Positions 59,178 through 64,000 of a stretch of 64,000 nt of DNA are shown one piece after another (the stretch's first letter is position 1; every line of letters starts with the position of its first letter). This DNA comes from an uncultured Candidatus Saccharibacteria bacterium (GTDB lineage Bacteria; Patescibacteriota; Dojkabacteria; SC72), in NCBI GenBank assembly GCA_964560525.1, contig CAZLLO010000001.1, positions 6,656 to 70,655 of the forward strand, in the 5' to 3' direction. Both the position numbers and the translations under genes were made by a program. The notes beneath the pieces are model-generated. The model was given only the letters and a program-made list of their open reading frames with translations. It ran no database searches and was not told the origin of the DNA.

Positions 59178-59741
59178 ATGACAAAGTTACTTACAGTAAT
59201 AGCGATTGTATGGCAATTAATAACAGGAGAAACAGAGAGATACCAAGTAGTGGGTATTACAAGTCCTCAGCAGATGGTATGGGTTAATCCATATACTGTC
59301 GTTTTTGCTGTTGACGGGAATATTACTAAAGTTAATGTATTTACAAAATCAACAGAATATATTGGAAATATAGAGCCAAATGTTTTTATAGGGGTAAGTA
59401 ATAATAAAGAATTGCAATATTGTACAATTAAACATTATCTCATTACCTCAAGAGATCAATTTTCAACCATATTTGAAATTGATGGAAAAGAGTTAAAGTT
59501 TTTTGAGACTATTCGACCCATTCATTGGCAAGGAAATATTATGATTGCACAGACGGCTCTAGATTTCCTAGAGCAACATTACTACGAAATAGACACGGAC
59601 AACGGGGACATGAAAGAAATTCCACATCCTCCCATGCTTAGAAATAAAGCAGCATACATTGAAGAAGATATACCAGGAGATATTTATGTGAATTACAATG
59701 CAAGAGAATATTTTAAATTCTTCTTCTTACATTTTGACTAA
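59178..59741 (+). CDS. Hypothetical exported protein
   Basis: Likely ATG at 59178, hydrophobic N-terminus, beta-rich. Confidence 0.55.
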   Translation: MTKLLTVIAIVWQLITGETERYQVVGITSPQQMVWVNPYTVVFAVDGNITKVNVFTKSTEYIGNIEPNVFIGVSNNKELQYCTIKHYLITSRDQFSTIFEIDGKELKFFETIRPIHWQGNIMIAQTALDFLEQHYYEIDTDNGDMKEIPHPPMLRNKAAYIEEDIPGDIYVNYNAREYFKFFFLHFD

Positions 59742-60666
59742 TCTTAGTTAGAAATCCTTTTAGGAAAGTATCCAGGTAGTATATTCTCCATTCTTTTGAA
59801 GGATCTATCTCTATCAATTGTCTTGCATATTTCCTTGCTTTCACAAATTCTTTCTCATAGAAATATCTTTTCATCTTCAGCTCTATTCGGAGTCTCTTAG
59901 GAGCATATTTTGATAGATGATTAGAATCTATCTCTTTGTACACATCTTTGTAATTATCTTTCTTTTGATGATACCAATATCTAATAGCTTCTTCTGTAGA
60001 TTTTTGATTCAAATATTTTTCGCTATATATATCCTTTTCCTCCCTTATATGTGTTGCTAATATCTCAGGGTAAATATTGATCTTTTTGGATTTAAAAACC
60101 ATTTGTAGAAGCAAGTCATAATTCCCTGCATAACACATATTCTTTCTGAATTTGTATTCCTTCTTGTTCCTGAATATTAAAGGTGAATATTCTAAAATAT
60201 TTTCTGTTTCCAATTCCATAGAGATATCTTTTTCTATGCTTGCAGATCGTGATTCTTCAATCTTATTCCCATTTGTTTGGGTAACTAAAACTCTTGTGCC
60301 CAATGCATAACAATTAGGATGTGTATCCAGAAATACCACAACCTTTGCCAACATAGATGAAAATATATAGATATTCGGATCTAAGATTACAACGTATTCC
60401 CCTTGAGCAGCCATTATTCCACGATTCTTAAGATAGCAGATGTTTTGCTTCCTCTTGCTAACTATGATCTGAATACGGGAGTCTAGCTCTTGATATTGTG
60501 AAAGTGGAAGACTACTGCCATTGTCTATTAATATTAATTCCCAATCTTGAAGTGTTTGTGCTTGTGTACTTCTAACAATCTTTTCTACATCAGTATCACT
60601 ATTTTCTACAACAACAATAATGGAAATGATTTTTCTTTTGGTAGCAATGTTATCTGGTACATTCAT
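59713..60666 (-). CDS. Glycosyltransferase family 2 (degenerate motifs)
   Basis: QTLQDWELILIDNGS, NRGI..AQGEYV; the DxD position reads DPN. Confidence 0.8.
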   Translation of the reverse strand: MNVPDNIATKRKIISIIVVVENSDTDVEKIVRSTQAQTLQDWELILIDNGSSLPLSQYQELDSRIQIIVSKRKQNICYLKNRGIMAAQGEYVVILDPNIYIFSSMLAKVVVFLDTHPNCYALGTRVLVTQTNGNKIEESRSASIEKDISMELETENILEYSPLIFRNKKEYKFRKNMCYAGNYDLLLQMVFKSKKINIYPEILATHIREEKDIYSEKYLNQKSTEEAIRYWYHQKKDNYKDVYKEIDSNHLSKYAPKRLRIELKMKRYFYEKEFVKARKYARQLIEIDPSKEWRIYYLDTFLKGFLTKISQNVRRRI

Positions 60667-60690
60667 TACAAATAGATAATACCATATATC

Positions 60691-63165
60691 CTACTCATAT
60701 CTTAATACATCCACAGGTCTTGTATTTAAATACTTAATCGCAACAGACCAAATAAGCACAAATATTACTGCGCCAAAGCCAAGCATTAAATACAAAACAT
60801 CTGAGCCCGCAAACAAAATAGTATATTTGTAACCAAATATTTGCTCACTGTATTTACTTAATATGGTTACTCCACCCCATACCGTTAGGTAGGATATTGC
60901 AAACGTAATTACGAATATCAATCCATATTCTAAGAACAACATAGCTTTGACTTGTTTGTTCATAAAGCCAACAACCTTGAGCAGTCCAAATGATCGTTTT
61001 CTAGATATAATTTCTAAAGAGGTAGAATTTAGTAAAAGGATACCACCTGCGAGTAATGCTAATCCTGCAACAGAGAAAACCATCTTAGTTATCATATCGA
61101 ACATAGAATTCATATACGCTTCAGCTGCTTTAGTACTTAATACTACATTCCCATTTACTTCATTCAACACGTTAACTGCCTTGTCTTCGCTATTTGAATC
61201 AGCTACAACTAACGCAACTTCCTTTATATTCCCTTTAAAATATTGCATAAAGGTCGTCTTTGTAACAATTACAGCTGGCATATCAGGAATTATGGAATAG
61301 CTCATTCCCCCACTAGTATCTGATTGTTGAGTATTGGAAGCATAGTAGCCACTAATTTCAAAATCTCCTACTTCAGGAAGTGATACCATTTGTCCAACAG
61401 CATAACCATCTTCAGTTTTGAAGATATCAGGTATAACTACATATTTTCCTTCCTTCAAACTTCCCTCAGTAATATTTATATCTAAATATTTATCCTTAAT
61501 ATCTCTTCCAGATGCATTGTAGAAATATGTTATCCCATTTGTATCTAGAACTTTTACATATTCAATATCGTAATTGAAGCTATTACTCTTTAACACATCC
61601 ACTAGTTGAGTATTAGCGTCATAATCGCGTACAGAGACTATATTTACAGTGCTCTTTAAATCAACTGTCTGAGAAGACATCTCTTCTTTGCTTGTTTTGA
61701 TTAAACAAATGATGAATCCAATTGCCGTTATACCAATGAAGATAGCCATCACAGCTAATATATTTTTCTTGTAGCTATTCCTTAGATTAATCCAAGCCAT
61801 TTCAAATGTATTACCTGTATTAAGTGGTAATCGAAGAATTAACCAGAATATGAATTGGAATATTAAACTAAATATCAAGGTTCCAGCTCCTGCAACACCA
61901 ACAGCTATTAATCCATATTTCAAATCTCCCGTTATTAAGATGCTAATACCAGCAAACAATATAGCTATGACAGCTATTAGTAAAATATTTTTCCATTTAC
62001 CCTTTCCTTTTCCATTAGAATTCTCTCTTAATGCATCAACAATACTGAAAGATGCAAATTTGGAGATTGAATAGAAACCAAATATTAAGGCAGAGCCGAG
62101 TGATGCTAAGAATGTAATACCTGCAACTTTCCAATTTAATGCGGTTTCAAATGCGATATTAATGCCAACAGTAGTAAACAGATTTAATATATACCTGGAA
62201 AGAAAATATCCTCCAAAAATACCAAGAAGAATACCTGGTAGTGCTAGAACTAAAAGCTCTAAGAGGTAAAGGAAAGTTATATTCTTCTCTGTATATCCTA
62301 TCGCTTTCATTATTCCAATCTCTCGTTTCCTCCTCGATATTATTACTTGCATCGAAGATGCTATACCCATACTTCCTATGAATATACCCAGAATGCTTAG
62401 ACCTCTAAATACTAATGTATACGCTAAAGTACTTTTTTTCTGACTATCAACATATCCAGTAAGACTCTGATACATGCCAGAGATATCCTCAGCTGCGAAG
62501 AAGCTATCTAGTTTCTCTCCTATAGCTTTCTCATCTCCCTTTATCAACAAACTTTTACTCGAATATCCAAACATATCTAAAGTTTCCATATTAACGTATG
62601 CCTGCCCTGCTCCAATATTTGTATCCTCAATTATGCTTGTTACCTTTAACGATTTTGATTCAAAGATATTTGAAGGCAAAATCTGTATGGTATCACCTAC
62701 ATTAACTTCAAGTTTCTTAGATAAATCATTAGATATTGATATTGTATTTGGTTCTTTAACACTGTTGTACAATCCTCCCTCAACGTTTACATAACCATAT
62801 AATGGGTATGCACTATCATTTATTCCCACCAAATTCATCATCATCAATTCCTTAACTTTGCTGCTTTGAACAGAGATTCCATATACCCGACCTCTTTGGG
62901 TCATTTGTGTAATTTTTCCAGAATCCTTAAGCTCTTGTAATTCTAATCCTAATTCTTTAATGGTAGCTTTGTCCGCATCTACTACTACATCTCCTCCGAA
63001 ACTTATCTCAGGGTCTTTAACCGTAACACCTAAGAATTGATCTGACATTGTAAGCAATGCCATTGATGAAAATGCAGAAAAAAATACCGCAAGAGATATT
63101 ATTACTGCTGTTATTCCCAAAGATTTAAGGGAAGATATAATTTTGTGGAATGCAAAATCTAACAT
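60691..63165 (-). CDS. Duplicated FtsX-type ABC permease
   Basis: Two FtsX halves (REIGIMKAIG; SFGLLKVVG), RPVDVLRYE. Confidence 0.88.
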   Translation of the reverse strand: MLDFAFHKIISSLKSLGITAVIISLAVFFSAFSSMALLTMSDQFLGVTVKDPEISFGGDVVVDADKATIKELGLELQELKDSGKITQMTQRGRVYGISVQSSKVKELMMMNLVGINDSAYPLYGYVNVEGGLYNSVKEPNTISISNDLSKKLEVNVGDTIQILPSNIFESKSLKVTSIIEDTNIGAGQAYVNMETLDMFGYSSKSLLIKGDEKAIGEKLDSFFAAEDISGMYQSLTGYVDSQKKSTLAYTLVFRGLSILGIFIGSMGIASSMQVIISRRKREIGIMKAIGYTEKNITFLYLLELLVLALPGILLGIFGGYFLSRYILNLFTTVGINIAFETALNWKVAGITFLASLGSALIFGFYSISKFASFSIVDALRENSNGKGKGKWKNILLIAVIAILFAGISILITGDLKYGLIAVGVAGAGTLIFSLIFQFIFWLILRLPLNTGNTFEMAWINLRNSYKKNILAVMAIFIGITAIGFIICLIKTSKEEMSSQTVDLKSTVNIVSVRDYDANTQLVDVLKSNSFNYDIEYVKVLDTNGITYFYNASGRDIKDKYLDINITEGSLKEGKYVVIPDIFKTEDGYAVGQMVSLPEVGDFEISGYYASNTQQSDTSGGMSYSIIPDMPAVIVTKTTFMQYFKGNIKEVALVVADSNSEDKAVNVLNEVNGNVVLSTKAAEAYMNSMFDMITKMVFSVAGLALLAGGILLLNSTSLEIISRKRSFGLLKVVGFMNKQVKAMLFLEYGLIFVITFAISYLTVWGGVTILSKYSEQIFGYKYTILFAGSDVLYLMLGFGAVIFVLIWSVAIKYLNTRPVDVLRYE

Positions 63166-63830
63166 ACTACTTTTCCGTCAACGATATTAATTGTTCTGTC
63201 TGCTTTTGAAGCAATACTTTTATCATGTGTAGCTATTATCAAGGTTATACCTAATTCCTTATGTAGCTTGATGAAGAGATCCAAAACTTTTTCACCCGTA
63301 GTTGAATCAAGATTTCCTGTTGGTTCATCTGCAATTAATAGTCTTGGGTTAGTAATCAATGATCTAGCTATGGCTACTCGTTGCTGTTGACCACCAGACA
63401 TTTCTTCTGGTCTATGCTTTGCTCGATCAGAGAGTCCAACCTTTTCTAACATTTCTAATGCTCTTTCTCTGATTTCTTTTCTTGAGATTTTTACTGAAGA
63501 TGCAAAGAGAGGTGCTTCTACATTTTGCAATGCATTAAGACTTGGGATGAGGTTAAAGGCTTGGAATACCACTCCTATTTCTCTGTTTCTAATATCTGCA
63601 AGATTATTTTCACTAACTCCTGCTATATCTCTATTATCTAACATGAATTCACCTGATGTTGGTGTATCTATACATGAGAGTATTGCTAAAAGGGTTGATT
63701 TTCCTGATCCTGAAGGACCCATAAGGGCAACAAATTCACCATCTTGGATTTCTAAATCTATGTCTCTTAATACTGGTATTTCGGTCTTGCCGAGGAAGTA
63801 ACTCTTTTTTATGTTATGAAGTTTTATCAT
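63159..63830 (-). CDS. ABC transporter ATP-binding protein (LolD/MacB-like)
   Basis: GPSGSGKST, MSGGQQQR, ADEPTGNLD. Confidence 0.95.
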   Translation of the reverse strand: MIKLHNIKKSYFLGKTEIPVLRDIDLEIQDGEFVALMGPSGSGKSTLLAILSCIDTPTSGEFMLDNRDIAGVSENNLADIRNREIGVVFQAFNLIPSLNALQNVEAPLFASSVKISRKEIRERALEMLEKVGLSDRAKHRPEEMSGGQQQRVAIARSLITNPRLLIADEPTGNLDSTTGEKVLDLFIKLHKELGITLIIATHDKSIASKADRTINIVDGKVVC

Positions 63831-63894
63831 ATTTATGGGATTTCAAATTACAATGTTCCTAATCTATCACAATGTAAGAAGAAGTTCAAAATGA

Positions 63895-64000
63895 TTAAAT
63901 AATCCTTGTTATAGTGAATATTATTATGCCTACACTTAGTCCTAGTTTTAATACCATACTTACAAGGATCCCGATAAATGTTCCCCAGCCTGCTTTTAGG
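63895..64000 (-). CDS. C-terminus of a DUF456-like membrane protein (truncated by window edge)
   Basis: ...LKAGWGTFIGILVSMVLKLGLSVGIIIFTITRII*. Confidence 0.6.
   Translation of the reverse strand, partial: LKAGWGTFIGILVSMVLKLGLSVGIIIFTITRII

Noticed and set aside
696-63801. Many short ORFs antisense to or overlapping long genes (e.g. 1883, 4073, 24797, 36402, 53363, 57829, 58451)
   Set aside because: Shadow ORFs of well-supported genes, with no motifs or start signals.
1-64000. Alternative genetic code (TGA reassigned)
   Set aside because: Conserved genes are full length under code 11 and some end in TGA (e.g. elp3 at 46834).

Overview
AT-rich bacterial chromosome segment read with the standard code (TGA stops). 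Gene content and near-absence of Shine-Dalgarno leaders suggest a CPR/Patescibacteria genome, possibly Dojkabacteria-like (inference only). The left 10 kb is an accessory island. It holds a truncated PLD-SNF2 helicase, a capsid-less packaging module (wHTH, palindrome, ParB-methylase, TerS-like, TerL), a HEPN-nucleotidyltransferase fusion, and small genes and pseudogenes separated by six same-orientation copies of an unrecognised 22-31 bp repeat. The rest mixes housekeeping genes (dut, xth, alr, ndk, UDG, Elp3, recO, secA, tRNA-Lys), ABC transporters, a two-component system, surface and glycan genes and a Type III R-M system. A GtrA glycosylation islet is flanked by an 87-bp duplicated gene end, and a promoter-driven ~60-nt structured RNA candidate lies upstream of dut. 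I saw no CRISPR array, rRNA, integrase or transposase. All protein calls are from motifs read by eye, not from database searches.
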